In this document: one piece after another, positions 1 to 11,272 of the stretch | Layout: every line of letters starts with the position of its first letter | Position numbering within the stretch: position 1 is the first letter of the stretch | NCBI RefSeq assembly: GCF_024223415.1 | Contig: NZ_CP100500.1 | Direction: 5' to 3' (one strand) | Length of the DNA stretch: 64,000 bases | Source of the DNA: Escherichia coli | GTDB lineage: Bacteria; Pseudomonadota; Gammaproteobacteria; Enterobacterales; Enterobacteriaceae | The notes under the pieces: generated by a model | Database searches by the model: none | Seen by the model: only the letters and a program-made list of their open reading frames with translations | What the model was told of the DNA's origin: nothing | Translations under genes and position numbers: made by a program

Positions 1-1
1 T

Positions 2-1555
2 AAAGTGTTCCTTGAAAAATACACCACCGGGTATCCGCAGTTTGAAGAATATCTGACAGGTAAGAGCGATAATACTCCGAAGAGCGCGGCCTGGGCGGCG
101 GAAATTACTGGCGTACCGGAAGCGCAGATAGTCAAACTCGCTGAACTGATGGCGGCGAATCGCACAATGCTGATGGCAGGCTGGGGAATTCAGCGCCAGC
201 AATATGGTGAACAGAAACACTGGATGCTGGTGACGCTGGCGGCGATGTTAGGGCAGATTGGTACACCGGGCGGCGGTTTTGGTTTCTCTTATCATTACTC
301 CAACGGTGGCAACCCGACGCGTGTTGGCGGCGTGCTGCCGGAAATGTCTGCGGCGATTGCCGGACAGGCCAGCGAGGCCGCTGATGATGGCGGAATGACG
401 GCGATTCCTGTTGCCCGTATCGTCGATGCGCTGGAAAATCCTGGCGGCAAATATCAGCATAACGGTAAAGAACAAACGTATCCGAATATCAAAATGATCT
501 GGTGGGCGGGTGGTGGTAACTTTACCCATCACCAGGATACTAATCGTCTGATCAAAGCATGGCAGAAACCGGAGATGATCGTCGTTTCTGAATGCTACTG
601 GACTGCAGCTGCTAAACATGCAGATATCGTATTACCGATCACCACATCGTTTGAGCGCAATGACTTGACGATGACCGGTGATTACAGCAACCAGCATATT
701 GTGCCGATGAAGCAGGCTGTCGCTCCGCAATTTGAAGCGCGTAACGATTTTGACGTGTTTGCCGATCTTGCTGAATTACTGAAACCTGGCGGAAAAGAGA
801 TCTATACCGAAGGTAAAGATGAAATGGCGTGGCTGAAATTTTTCTATGATGCCGCTCAGAAAGGTGCCCGTGCGCAACGCGTCACTATGCCAATGTTTAA
901 TGCCTTCTGGCAGCAAAATAAACTGATCGAAATGCGCCGCAGCGAGAAGAACGAACAGTATGTTCGTTATGGTGATTTCCGCGCCGATCCGGTGAAAAAT
1001 GCGCTGGGTACGCCAAGCGGCAAAATTGAGATTTACTCCAAAACGCTGGAAAAATTTGGCTATAAGGATTGCCCGGCACACCCAACCTGGCTTGCGCCTG
1101 ATGAGTGGAAGGGTACCGCCGACGAGAAGCAGTTGCAGCTTCTGACCGCACATCCGGCACACCGTTTACACAGTCAGCTTAACTATGCGGAACTGCGTAA
1201 AAAATATGCGGTTGCCGATCGTGAACCAATCACTATTCACACCGAAGATGCTGCTCGCTTTGGTATTGCGAATGGTGATCTGGTGCGTGTCTGGAACAAA
1301 CGTGGTCAGATTCTGACAGGTGCGGTGGTGACTGACGGGATCAAAAAAGGCGTGGTATGCGTGCATGAAGGTGCATGGCCAGATCTGGAAAATGGCTTGT
1401 GTAAAAACGGCAGTGCGAACGTGTTAACCGCGGATATCCCCAGCTCGCAGCTGGCAAATGCCTGTGCCGGTAACTCTGCGCTGGTGTATATCGAAAAATA
1501 TACGGGTAACGCACCGAAGTTAACGGCGTTTGATCAGCCAGCTGTTCAGGCGTAA
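2..1555 (+). CDS. torZ: trimethylamine-N-oxide reductase TorZ/BisZ, C-terminal part (5' end outside window)
   Basis: ORF 5..1555 translation reads as the C-terminal region of a molybdopterin oxidoreductase; sits next to cmoB-cmoA as in E. coli. Confidence 0.85.
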   Translation, partial: KVFLEKYTTGYPQFEEYLTGKSDNTPKSAAWAAEITGVPEAQIVKLAELMAANRTMLMAGWGIQRQQYGEQKHWMLVTLAAMLGQIGTPGGGFGFSYHYSNGGNPTRVGGVLPEMSAAIAGQASEAADDGGMTAIPVARIVDALENPGGKYQHNGKEQTYPNIKMIWWAGGGNFTHHQDTNRLIKAWQKPEMIVVSECYWTAAAKHADIVLPITTSFERNDLTMTGDYSNQHIVPMKQAVAPQFEARNDFDVFADLAELLKPGGKEIYTEGKDEMAWLKFFYDAAQKGARAQRVTMPMFNAFWQQNKLIEMRRSEKNEQYVRYGDFRADPVKNALGTPSGKIEIYSKTLEKFGYKDCPAHPTWLAPDEWKGTADEKQLQLLTAHPAHRLHSQLNYAELRKKYAVADREPITIHTEDAARFGIANGDLVRVWNKRGQILTGAVVTDGIKKGVVCVHEGAWPDLENGLCKNGSANVLTADIPSSQLANACAGNSALVYIEKYTGNAPKLTAFDQPAVQA

Positions 1556-1599
1556 GACGTGAATAGCGCCCGGAAACGGGCGCAGAGGTTATGCAAACG

Positions 1600-1710
1600 T
1601 AAAGCTGCCTGATGCGCTATGCTTATCAGGCCTACATAGTCCCTGCAATATATTGAATTAGCAAGGTTTTGTAGGCCGGATAAGGCGTTCACGCCGCATC
1701 CGGCAGTAAT
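1600..1710. repeat. REP-like palindromic units in the torZ-cmoB convergent intergenic region
   Basis: Imperfect inverted repeats gcctgatgcgctatgcttatcaggcctaca and gtaggccggataaggcgttcacgccgcatccggca, typical of enterobacterial REP elements; coordinates approximate. Confidence 0.5.
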
Positions 1711-1719
1711 ACCAGACCT

Positions 1720-3867
<2,148 letters not shown>

Positions 3868-3919
3868 ACAAACTCCCTTTAAAATGGCCGATGGCACCTG
3901 TCTATGATAGGTGGCAAAT

Positions 3920-4678
3920 TCAGAAAAGAGAAGATTGCTGTGGAATAGCCGGAACTGCTCCGATCTCTGGAAGCGTTTTACGTAAGTCTTCCCACAGGGT
4001 ATGTACCAGTTCCGGTGCCTGGGCAATGTCTGGCGTATGTAAAAAAAGATAAGGCGTAGTGGTCTGATGCCACTGCGCTAATTTCTGTAACCAGACCTGA
4101 AATAATTCCCGGTTTTGCGTCATATCATCACTACCGATAAAACGGATCAGCGGATTTGTCGCCGTCAGTACAGCATGTACCGGAACTTTAGGTTTTTTTC
4201 GTTGAGCGTCGCGAATAGCTTCACTGTGTGGACGTGCTGCATGAACCGGGCGGCTGTCTAAAATCACCCGATTAACGCCGCGCTGATGTAAACCGCGATT
4301 AAGCGTTTGTTCCTCTTCCCCTTTGGCGAAAAACTGTGGATGGCGGACTTCCACACCATAATTAAATTCGCCAGGGAGAGAATCGAGAAAATGCCAAAGC
4401 GCAGGCAGCTCCCGTGGGCCGAATGTGGCAGGCAGTTGCAGCCAGTATTGCCCAATGCGCGGAGCCAACGGTGACATGCGGGTCAAAAATTCAGTCACTA
4501 AATCATCGCAATGTCGTAATGCTGCCTGATGCGAAATGGTCGCCGGAAACTTAAAACAGAAGCGGAAGTCATCTGTGGTCTGTTCACGCCAGCGCAGGAC
4601 AACCTCGGGTTTCGGCAGGGCGTAAAGCGTGGTGTTGCCCTCCACGCAGTTAACATGACGGGTATTGAAGGCTAACAC
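3920..4678 (-). CDS. yecE: DUF72 protein YecE with 5' end replaced by prophage sequence
   Basis: Body of the protein reads as YecE; the first ~10 codons (MLAFNTRHVN) differ from my recollection of the K-12 N-terminus, and the ORF overlaps the 3' end of the integrase gene. Confidence 0.75.
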   Translation of the reverse strand: MLAFNTRHVNCVEGNTTLYALPKPEVVLRWREQTTDDFRFCFKFPATISHQAALRHCDDLVTEFLTRMSPLAPRIGQYWLQLPATFGPRELPALWHFLDSLPGEFNYGVEVRHPQFFAKGEEEQTLNRGLHQRGVNRVILDSRPVHAARPHSEAIRDAQRKKPKVPVHAVLTATNPLIRFIGSDDMTQNRELFQVWLQKLAQWHQTTTPYLFLHTPDIAQAPELVHTLWEDLRKTLPEIGAVPAIPQQSSLF

Positions 4679-4690
4679 ACTGATTTTAAT
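4640..4690. other. putative prophage attachment junction (attL) within 5' end of yecE
   Basis: Point where YecE-like sequence ends and the integrase C-terminus overlaps; exact core not determinable without the other junction. Confidence 0.4.
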
Positions 4691-5985
4691 AAGTTTCTTG
4701 TGTCACTTTGGTGACCATGGGACATCATTGGGACATAATCTGCCAGCTTCTGATTCAGCATTGCGATCTGTTCTGCATTACTGTCAGTCATCCATGCTCC
4801 GTATACATTGAACACCATCTGGGCACTTGCATGGCCCATCTGGCTGGCAATGAAGCTTGGGTTTGCTCCGGCAGATAATGACCAGCACGCATAAGTGTGT
4901 CGTGACTGGTATGCTTTCCGGTGCCTGATGCCCGCACGCTTAATGGCTGTTTCCCATGAGTCGCCAATAGAATCTACCTTGTAGATAAAACCGACCTGTT
5001 TGCTTTTTCTAACCACCTGGGGGTTAAATACGAAAGTACATTCATGGTTCACTGTACGTCCATATTCACGTAGTTGAACCTTGATGTGGTGCTGCTTACC
5101 CAGTCTTGTCATTTCAGCCTGATTTTTCAGGACACTGATAGCGGGCTGGATAAGATGCACAACCCTGTTTGTACTTGCTTCAGTTTTAGGTAGAGTGAAC
5201 TCACCGAGTTTCGTATAATTGCGCCTGATAGTAATTGTTCCTGCTTTCAGATCGATATCTTCCCAGGCCAGGGAGACCAGTTCACCATGACGCATTCCTG
5301 TGTACACAGCCAATGACCACAGGTTTTTCGTCTGCTGATGTCGGCAAGCATCTATCAGGCGAATAAATTCGTCACGAGTTAGCGGATCTGGCTCTGCCCT
5401 GGCTCTTTTAAGAGGCTTAATTCCCTGGAAGGGATTTGCTTCTAAGTAACCGTGATCTGCAGCAAACTGAAACATTCCAGCGATTGTCGTCATGTAATAA
5501 TTTACAGTAACGACGCTCCGTCCTTTTGCTGCTGCTTTGTTTTTCGTTGAATTCTGGTACCCGGTCAGCAAATCTTTCCTGATATACAGCAATTCCTCTT
5601 TAGTTACCGATGACACCAGTCTGCTGCCTCCAATTTTCGGAACCATCGTTCTTGCAACGGATTCATAGCGATTGAATGCATTTGCAGAGATCTCCATTCG
5701 TTTCAGATCCAGCCACTTTTCTTCAAGTTCCTTCACCGTAATTTCTTTTTTACTTACCCCAAAAGCCTGAAGGTTAGGGGAGTCAGGGAACTGTGCAGCA
5801 TAATCAAAGCTTCCTGTGCGGATGGCAAAACATACCGATGTCCGCAGTTCCCCGGCGATCTTCCTGTTCTTGGCAGTGTCAGGGACACCAAGATTTTCCC
5901 TGACACGTTTACCTTTAAAATTAAACCAGATGCGTAATGTGCCGCCGTGGTTTTCGACGCCTGTTGGATATTTGACTTTATCCAT
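4672..5985 (-). CDS. int: phage integrase (tyrosine recombinase)
   Basis: 437 aa; N-terminal arm-binding-like region and C-terminal catalytic domain with conserved R..H..R..Y context (RHTYACW). Confidence 0.9.
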   Translation of the reverse strand: MDKVKYPTGVENHGGTLRIWFNFKGKRVRENLGVPDTAKNRKIAGELRTSVCFAIRTGSFDYAAQFPDSPNLQAFGVSKKEITVKELEEKWLDLKRMEISANAFNRYESVARTMVPKIGGSRLVSSVTKEELLYIRKDLLTGYQNSTKNKAAAKGRSVVTVNYYMTTIAGMFQFAADHGYLEANPFQGIKPLKRARAEPDPLTRDEFIRLIDACRHQQTKNLWSLAVYTGMRHGELVSLAWEDIDLKAGTITIRRNYTKLGEFTLPKTEASTNRVVHLIQPAISVLKNQAEMTRLGKQHHIKVQLREYGRTVNHECTFVFNPQVVRKSKQVGFIYKVDSIGDSWETAIKRAGIRHRKAYQSRHTYACWSLSAGANPSFIASQMGHASAQMVFNVYGAWMTDSNAEQIAMLNQKLADYVPMMSHGHQSDTRNLLKSVC

Positions 5986-6040
5986 TGATACCTCCAGACG
6001 CCCAAGAGCGATACGAGCTTACATACTTCATGGCATTAAA

Positions 6041-6277
6041 TCACCCAGGTTGTTTGTTTTTCATTGAAGCGACCCAGGCATCTATTGCTTTTCTGTTATA
6101 CATACATTCACTGGAAGGCTTTGGATTACCGTCTGGTGATACGTGAATATACTCTCTTCCAACCATCCAGCATTCTTTCCGGGCCCGAAGAATTGTGCCT
6201 GGTTTGAGCCCGGTAATTGCGATTAGAACGCTTTCACAAACCCATTCATTGGGAGCCAGTTGAATCACATTGCCCAT
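6041..6277 (-). CDS. xis: putative excisionase
   Basis: 78 aa basic protein immediately upstream of int in the same orientation. Confidence 0.55.
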   Translation of the reverse strand: MGNVIQLAPNEWVCESVLIAITGLKPGTILRARKECWMVGREYIHVSPDGNPKPSSECMYNRKAIDAWVASMKNKQPG

Positions 6278-6435
6278 GCATTACCTCACACAACACTCAG
6301 CCCACGGCAGTGGCACCACACTTCAAACATTCGTTTCACAATTTCACGACAGTAGAAACCGTCAACATCTCGTGTCAGGTCATAGCGATTGCCGTAACGC
6401 TGGTGGACCCATTGTTCAAATGCTTTATTCATTCT

Positions 6436-6678
6436 TTACTTCCTTTTCATGGCCCGTAATTTTTTCAGATGAGTTTCCTGTTCTGTTTCTGCCAGAATTT
6501 GTCGGTATTCCTGATGATCGAGCCGTTCAAACGTTTCATTAAAATCGTTTATTTTTACCGACTGTGTTCGCCCATCCATTCTTCTGTACAACACGGTGTT
6601 ATTTATGCAGCGAATAATTTTTACCGGGTAACCGGCACTGTCGGTATACAGTTGTCCCTGATTAATCAAAGCGAACAT
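6436..6678 (-). CDS. hypothetical phage protein
   Basis: ORF 6436..6801, most likely starting at internal Met (MFALINQ...); no recognisable domain. Confidence 0.35.
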   Translation of the reverse strand: MFALINQGQLYTDSAGYPVKIIRCINNTVLYRRMDGRTQSVKINDFNETFERLDHQEYRQILAETEQETHLKKLRAMKRK

Positions 6679-6709
6679 TTTTTCTCCTGCTCTCTGAATA
6701 GTGAGAACT

Positions 6710-7075
6710 TCAGAGTCGTATGTTTGTAGCGGGTTCAATGCTGATGATTTCTGCTGAGATAAGCATCCCGGCCAGCCAGAGCTCTCCGGACAGGTTTTCA
6801 TCCTTGCATTCCAGTCCGCCGATATTAATGGTGGCTATGATATCGCGCTTATCCTCGACTTCTTCATAAGGCAGCGTTGCGTACAGGCTTTCAATAGCGC
6901 AACTGATAACATCCAGTCCGGTCAGATTGCCGCCGACAGTGACTTCGAATGTTTCGCGGTATTCCCATAGCCCGAAAGTTAATCGAACGGTTTGTTTTGC
7001 CATGCGCCCGCATGACGTCAGATTCGGGTCATAGTTCATTATTTGCGGTTGAGTATTCTGGGCGTTCATCTGCAT
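6710..7075 (-). CDS. hypothetical phage protein
   Basis: ORF 6710..7141, likely start at internal Met (MQMNAQ...); no recognisable domain. Confidence 0.35.
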   Translation of the reverse strand: MQMNAQNTQPQIMNYDPNLTSCGRMAKQTVRLTFGLWEYRETFEVTVGGNLTGLDVISCAIESLYATLPYEEVEDKRDIIATINIGGLECKDENLSGELWLAGMLISAEIISIEPATNIRL

Positions 7076-7109
7076 TTCCCTTAGCCCGGCGGCCTGCCGG
7101 GCGTATAAG

Positions 7110-7937
7110 TTATTTAACCTGGATAAATGGTGTATTAGCACCGCTGGTCATGTATTGCGGCAGTGTGCCGTTCCATTTATTGATGGCTTCCAGCTCCATA
7201 ACGCCGGGGTTCTGACGCAGAGCTTCACCGCGTAAACGAATAGCATCAGCTTCGGCCTGGGCTTTTGTGCGAATCGCATCAGCCTGTCCGGCAGCTTCTG
7301 CGCGCAACATATTGGCTTCCGCTTCGCGCTGTTTTACTTCCTGCTCGCGCTGCAGTGTTTTCTGGTTCGCCGTGACTTTGGCATTAATGCTGTCGATAAC
7401 TGTTGGCGGGTACTCCGGCTTACCCACATATGAGAGGCTCATTACCTGAATACCGATAGGTGTCATCTCTGCCTGAATGTCTTTAAGAGCTTCATCCAGC
7501 AGCTCAGACTTGCCGCCGTCGATAAATTTGTCAGTGGTCATTTTGCTGGCCAGTCGGTTGAGTGCGTCGGCGATCTTCTGGCGCAGGTCAGTGTCGGTAA
7601 TGTCATCCACGCCTTTGCGGTAGGTCTGAAACACCGTGGTAACTTTGGATGGATCAACTTTGTAGGCCACGCCAATGTGATAGCCGATGGTTGTACCGTC
7701 ACTCATCTGGAAACTGAACGGTTCATCGTAGGTCTTCATTTGTTTGAAGGTGGGGAAGATATAAACTTCAGTATTCCAGCCAGTCCAGTAGCGACCAACA
7801 CCGACCACCTCACCGACGCCTTTGTCGTCGCCCAGTTTATTTACCTTGATGCCAACATTACCTGGTTCAACGCGATCGCAACCGACAAGGCCAATAGTCG
7901 GCAGAACAATGGCTAAAGCAAAAATAATTTTTTTCAT
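7110..7937 (-). CDS. SPFH/band-7 (prohibitin/stomatin-like) domain lipoprotein
   Basis: 275 aa; signal peptide with lipobox (LVGC); central SPFH-like region followed by Ala/Glu/Gln-rich coiled coil. Confidence 0.65.
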   Translation of the reverse strand: MKKIIFALAIVLPTIGLVGCDRVEPGNVGIKVNKLGDDKGVGEVVGVGRYWTGWNTEVYIFPTFKQMKTYDEPFSFQMSDGTTIGYHIGVAYKVDPSKVTTVFQTYRKGVDDITDTDLRQKIADALNRLASKMTTDKFIDGGKSELLDEALKDIQAEMTPIGIQVMSLSYVGKPEYPPTVIDSINAKVTANQKTLQREQEVKQREAEANMLRAEAAGQADAIRTKAQAEADAIRLRGEALRQNPGVMELEAINKWNGTLPQYMTSGANTPFIQVK

Positions 7938-8122
7938 CTTTTATCCTTAGTGAAAGAAAGACCCTTGTAAATGGCATAAATGCAGGGCGGGGTCAGAAAC
8001 GCCAGTGCAAAGCCAGAAATAACTGCTATCGTATCCTTCATGGATATAAGGAACGGAACGAGTAATCCGTAAATGCATGCGATAATTGCCAGTAAAATTA
8101 CTATTGTGAAATACAGTCTCAT
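7934..8122 (-). CDS. small two-helix membrane protein
   Basis: 62 aa, two hydrophobic helices; stop/start overlap (ATGA) with the SPFH gene downstream. Confidence 0.45.
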   Translation of the reverse strand: MRLYFTIVILLAIIACIYGLLVPFLISMKDTIAVISGFALAFLTPPCIYAIYKGLSFTKDKR

Positions 8123-8145
8123 TGGTCTGTGGTATCCCGATATTT

Positions 8146-8253
8146 TTAACCGACTGACAGCGCAATAAAGAGAATAATGATTTCTGTTAGTGTCAGCACT
8201 GTGGCAAGGATTAAAATCAGTTTTACTCTGTTTAATTCACGGTTGCTTTTCAT
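8146..8253 (-). CDS. small hydrophobic membrane peptide (35 aa)
   Basis: Hand-translated minus-strand ORF MKSNRELNRVKLILILATVLTLTEIIILFIALSVG upstream of the 62 aa gene; below the ORF-track size cutoff. Confidence 0.3.
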   Translation of the reverse strand: MKSNRELNRVKLILILATVLTLTEIIILFIALSVG

Positions 8254-8298
8254 ATAAACGGTTAGTAAAAAACGGAAGAATTATTTTCTTCTTAATAT

Positions 8299-8880
8299 TT
8301 AATGTGTCACTGGCGCTTCTGGCATACCATGAGTATTCAGGTCGTGAATCATTTCATCCAGAAGGAGTTCAAGCCCTTCGCGCCCCATAGCAGAGAGAAT
8401 GAAACCATTATCAGGATCTGCGATGAGCATTTTTTGATAGAGAAACAGAACTCGCCCCATGCCTTCAGTTTCGCCATATTTTTCAATAAATCCCCATTCG
8501 ACATGGTTTTGCAGGGCAATGCGAAGTGGTCCTGGGTATATACTTATGCAACCATGTTTCCCCTTGTAAATAACTGCGCGATCTGTCGTCCCGTTATCGT
8601 TAGGGATATCAATAGTGCCGTTCTTGTCTTCCTCTTCACTGATAAACTTCATCACATACAGCCAGCGCCACTGAGCAACCTTCAGATCGACTGAAAATCT
8701 TCCCAGCAATCCGGCATCATCAGCTTCGGCAAGACATTGCATGATTCTTAAACCGTGCCAGTATGGATTATCGAATTCGCCATCATTAAGCCGCTGTACG
8801 GCCTGAATATAATCAATGGTTGTATTACCAATTTTTATGCCATGTGGCGTTACTTCTGGTCGGAACTCTGAATGATTCAT
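8299..8880 (-). CDS. hypothetical protein (193 aa from internal Met)
   Basis: ORF 8299..8937; likely start MNHSEFRPEV overlapping the stop of the upstream 67 aa gene (ATGA); no recognisable domain. Confidence 0.45.
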   Translation of the reverse strand: MNHSEFRPEVTPHGIKIGNTTIDYIQAVQRLNDGEFDNPYWHGLRIMQCLAEADDAGLLGRFSVDLKVAQWRWLYVMKFISEEEDKNGTIDIPNDNGTTDRAVIYKGKHGCISIYPGPLRIALQNHVEWGFIEKYGETEGMGRVLFLYQKMLIADPDNGFILSAMGREGLELLLDEMIHDLNTHGMPEAPVTH

Positions 8881-9080
8881 AATATTTGCTCCTTTGCTGG
8901 TGGAATAATCGTGTAGCCAGCTCTTTTTGCCATCCACAGAAATGTATCCATGCAGCCAACGAATTCATTATCCAGCAGATGTTTTGAGTAAATTACTTCA
9001 CCATTTTCAATGGTTAGCAACACTCTTACTTTTTTATGTGTTATGTTTTGTTGTTTTTCTTCCATTGACTTATCTCCCAT
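8877..9080 (-). CDS. hypothetical small protein (67 aa)
   Basis: Translationally coupled to the 193 aa gene. Confidence 0.4.
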   Translation of the reverse strand: MGDKSMEEKQQNITHKKVRVLLTIENGEVIYSKHLLDNEFVGCMDTFLWMAKRAGYTIIPPAKEQIL

Positions 9081-9261
9081 ATGCTTTGCGCAAATACAGG
9101 TTGGCTATATGAAGATAAGAATCTCCATGTTGTGCAATGAGGCAGGCAGTTTTATACGATGCCTTATGTTTCAGGAAAGTCATAACATAATCTCCTGCGA
9201 ATAAAGGTTGCAACAATCCCCGGCGATAAAACCGTAATAAACATTCAGGGAATATTTATTG

Positions 9262-9627
9262 TTATTGCGCTAATTCTTTTTCGGCAGCAGATTTTGCATA
9301 TTCACATGCAAAATTCAGAATTTCGCTGCCAAGTGTTTTTGTTTCGTGATTACTGGACATATGTAATACCTGTGTTGCATGCAATAAATGATAAACATTT
9401 ACCGCAAATGAGTCCGGCTCCAGACAAATGCCTTCATAATCATCTTGTTGTGAGGTTGTTTCTGTCATTGCTCCTGAAGTGCATGCGAGCCTGTTTTTGA
9501 CAATTCTCTTTCCTCTAATCACTATATCGGCAACATCTATTGCCTTTACAACCTCCGGGAGAAGTTCCGGGTTTGTATAATCAAAGTCATCAACATGGAG
9601 AACAGTTATGTTTTCGAACTTTTTCAT
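9262..9627 (-). CDS. hypothetical protein (121 aa)
   Basis: ORF downstream of the HTH gene in the same orientation; no recognisable domain. Confidence 0.4.
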   Translation of the reverse strand: MKKFENITVLHVDDFDYTNPELLPEVVKAIDVADIVIRGKRIVKNRLACTSGAMTETTSQQDDYEGICLEPDSFAVNVYHLLHATQVLHMSSNHETKTLGSEILNFACEYAKSAAEKELAQ

Positions 9628-9755
9628 GGCTTCCTCAGCTGACTTATATGTTCTGCTATATAGCGAGTCTCAGAAGTGTTTTCATATTGAGACTGTTTCC
9701 GCAATGATTGATAAAAATGTTCGCATGTACCTTGAGGGGCGAAGCGGCGATTATG

Positions 9756-10304
9756 TCACCATTGGTATTGGTTCTTCCGTAGAAGAGCTTCGCGAGATAA
9801 GGAGCAAACTTGTTGAGATGCGTCATGGTGTTGCTGCTCCTCACTTTTTGGTTGCTCCGGAGGAGTAACCTCGCCAGTTAACAGCCACATCGGATCGCAG
9901 CCAAGAATATTTGCCAGTGGGGTAAGCATACTGATAGTTGGTTCATACTCTCCGCTCTCCCACTGGATGATGATTTCTTCATCGAGATCGAGCAGCCTGG
10001 CGAGTTCGGCGGTTGTTAAGCCGCAGGCTTCGCGTTGGGTGCGAAGGTTAACCAGCCAGCTTTTAGGGAAGGATTGTTTTTGTTGTGCAGGAGAAGCCGT
10101 AGATAGAGCATATTCATGGATAAATTCCATTACCTCAATGCCCAGTTCCTTTGAGCGAGCACAATCCAGAAGATGGAATGTGCGTACAGCACTTAGCAAA
10201 TTTGCAATATTTAATGCAAAGGAATCAAGTTCTAAGCCTTCAAGCGTAACACAGCCGCAGTTGATAAAATTAGTTGTTTCTGGAGTTGCTTTTAGTGTCT
10301 TCAT
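9756..10304 (-). CDS. protein with C-terminal XRE-type helix-turn-helix domain
   Basis: 182 aa; residues ~90-145 (LTTAELARLLDLDEEIIIQWESGEYEPTISMLTPLANILGCDPMWLL) look like an HTH_XRE domain; N-terminal ~85 aa unassigned. Confidence 0.5.
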   Translation of the reverse strand: MKTLKATPETTNFINCGCVTLEGLELDSFALNIANLLSAVRTFHLLDCARSKELGIEVMEFIHEYALSTASPAQQKQSFPKSWLVNLRTQREACGLTTAELARLLDLDEEIIIQWESGEYEPTISMLTPLANILGCDPMWLLTGEVTPPEQPKSEEQQHHDASQQVCSLSREALLRKNQYQW

Positions 10305-10357
10305 ATACCCACCAACAATTTTAAATTGAATTTAATCAAGTTATAATTGATGGTGCG

Positions 10358-10386
10358 ATATTATGCTTTGAGAAATAGGCTGTCAA
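10358..10386 (-). promoter_or_regulatory. strong sigma70-like promoter reading leftward (pL-like)
   Basis: Minus-strand TTGACA, 17-bp spacer, TAATAT, ~50 bp upstream of the HTH gene start; coordinates approximate. Confidence 0.45.
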
Positions 10387-10411
10387 GAAAAAATTGATAC
10401 CGTGTGTTTTA

Positions 10412-10436
10412 GGCAGAAAAAAACGGGCAAAGCCCG
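10412..10436 (-). terminator. hairpin plus T-run downstream of cI
   Basis: Minus strand reads aacgggctttgcccgttttttt just after the cI stop; coordinates approximate. Confidence 0.5.
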
Positions 10437-10449
10437 TTAAAATCAAAGA

Positions 10450-11145
10450 CTAACCAAATCTGTTTATATTGAATGGTACTGATGAGATCACTTTAGACTG
10501 GATATAAAGCAGAGCTAACCCCTCTTTTTCGATGCTCCATGGTTGATAATTGGGGTTATCAGATAACACCATGATTTTGCTTCCAATTTTTTGAAGTCTT
10601 TTCACGTAGCATTCTCCATCAAAACAAAATGCATAAATGCCATCGCCATCAAAATAAGTTACTGTCTTATCAAGAAAAAGAAGGTCGCCAGGTGAGATTG
10701 TGGGAGCCATACTGTCTCCTCTGGCGTTACCTATTTCTATATTTTTGAATGCCCGATTTCCAACAAGGCGTCGGGCATATTCAGGATCAAGTTCTATTGA
10801 GCGCACTACATCTATCAAGTCACCACGGACATGAGTTCCATCACCGCAACTAAACTCAACATCAAGGACATTAAACACGACGCTATCTGTTCTTGTCTGG
10901 TGTTTCTCTTGCGAGGAAAAGGTTGGTGAGGAGTCTTCACCTAAGAACCAGGATTGTGGATAACCGCTAATCTCGGATAAATGCGCGAGCTTATCACTCC
11001 GTGGAAATGTTTTTCCTGTTGTCCAGTACTGCACTGATTGCGCACTCACACCTAACTTGCGGGCCAGTTGAGCCTGAGTCCATCCTTTTGCTTTCAGCAT
11101 CGCGGCTATTCGATTTTCCGTGTTTTTGACGTTCTTCATGACCAA
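10450..11145 (-). CDS. cI: CI-like repressor (HTH plus S24 LexA-type autopeptidase domain)
   Basis: 231 aa; N-terminal HTH (KGWTQAQLARKLGVSAQSVQYW), C-terminal S24 peptidase motifs (GDSMAPT...KRL); divergent from cro. Confidence 0.88.
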   Translation of the reverse strand: MVMKNVKNTENRIAAMLKAKGWTQAQLARKLGVSAQSVQYWTTGKTFPRSDKLAHLSEISGYPQSWFLGEDSSPTFSSQEKHQTRTDSVVFNVLDVEFSCGDGTHVRGDLIDVVRSIELDPEYARRLVGNRAFKNIEIGNARGDSMAPTISPGDLLFLDKTVTYFDGDGIYAFCFDGECYVKRLQKIGSKIMVLSDNPNYQPWSIEKEGLALLYIQSKVISSVPFNINRFG

Positions 11146-11272
11146 ATCCTGTGGGTTTCTTTACAAGGATAAATCTTTACTTGATTTTAGTGTATTCGAT
11201 CCTTTTGCAACTTGCATGTTAATTTAAACTTGATGTATTCTTGATTCATAAAGTTAATGTTGGTGCTTTGTT
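11146..11272. promoter_or_regulatory. immunity-region operator/promoter (OR, pRM/pR-like)
   Basis: Divergent cI-cro intergenic region with repeated acttgat-type half-site motifs; the same motif (aatcaagtt) recurs near the leftward promoter at ~10340. Confidence 0.55.

Noticed and set aside
1566-1583. Hairpin gcgcccggaaacgggcgc just after the torZ stop, considered as a terminator
   Set aside because: Not followed by a T-run on either strand; may be part of the REP-containing convergent intergenic region rather than an intrinsic terminator
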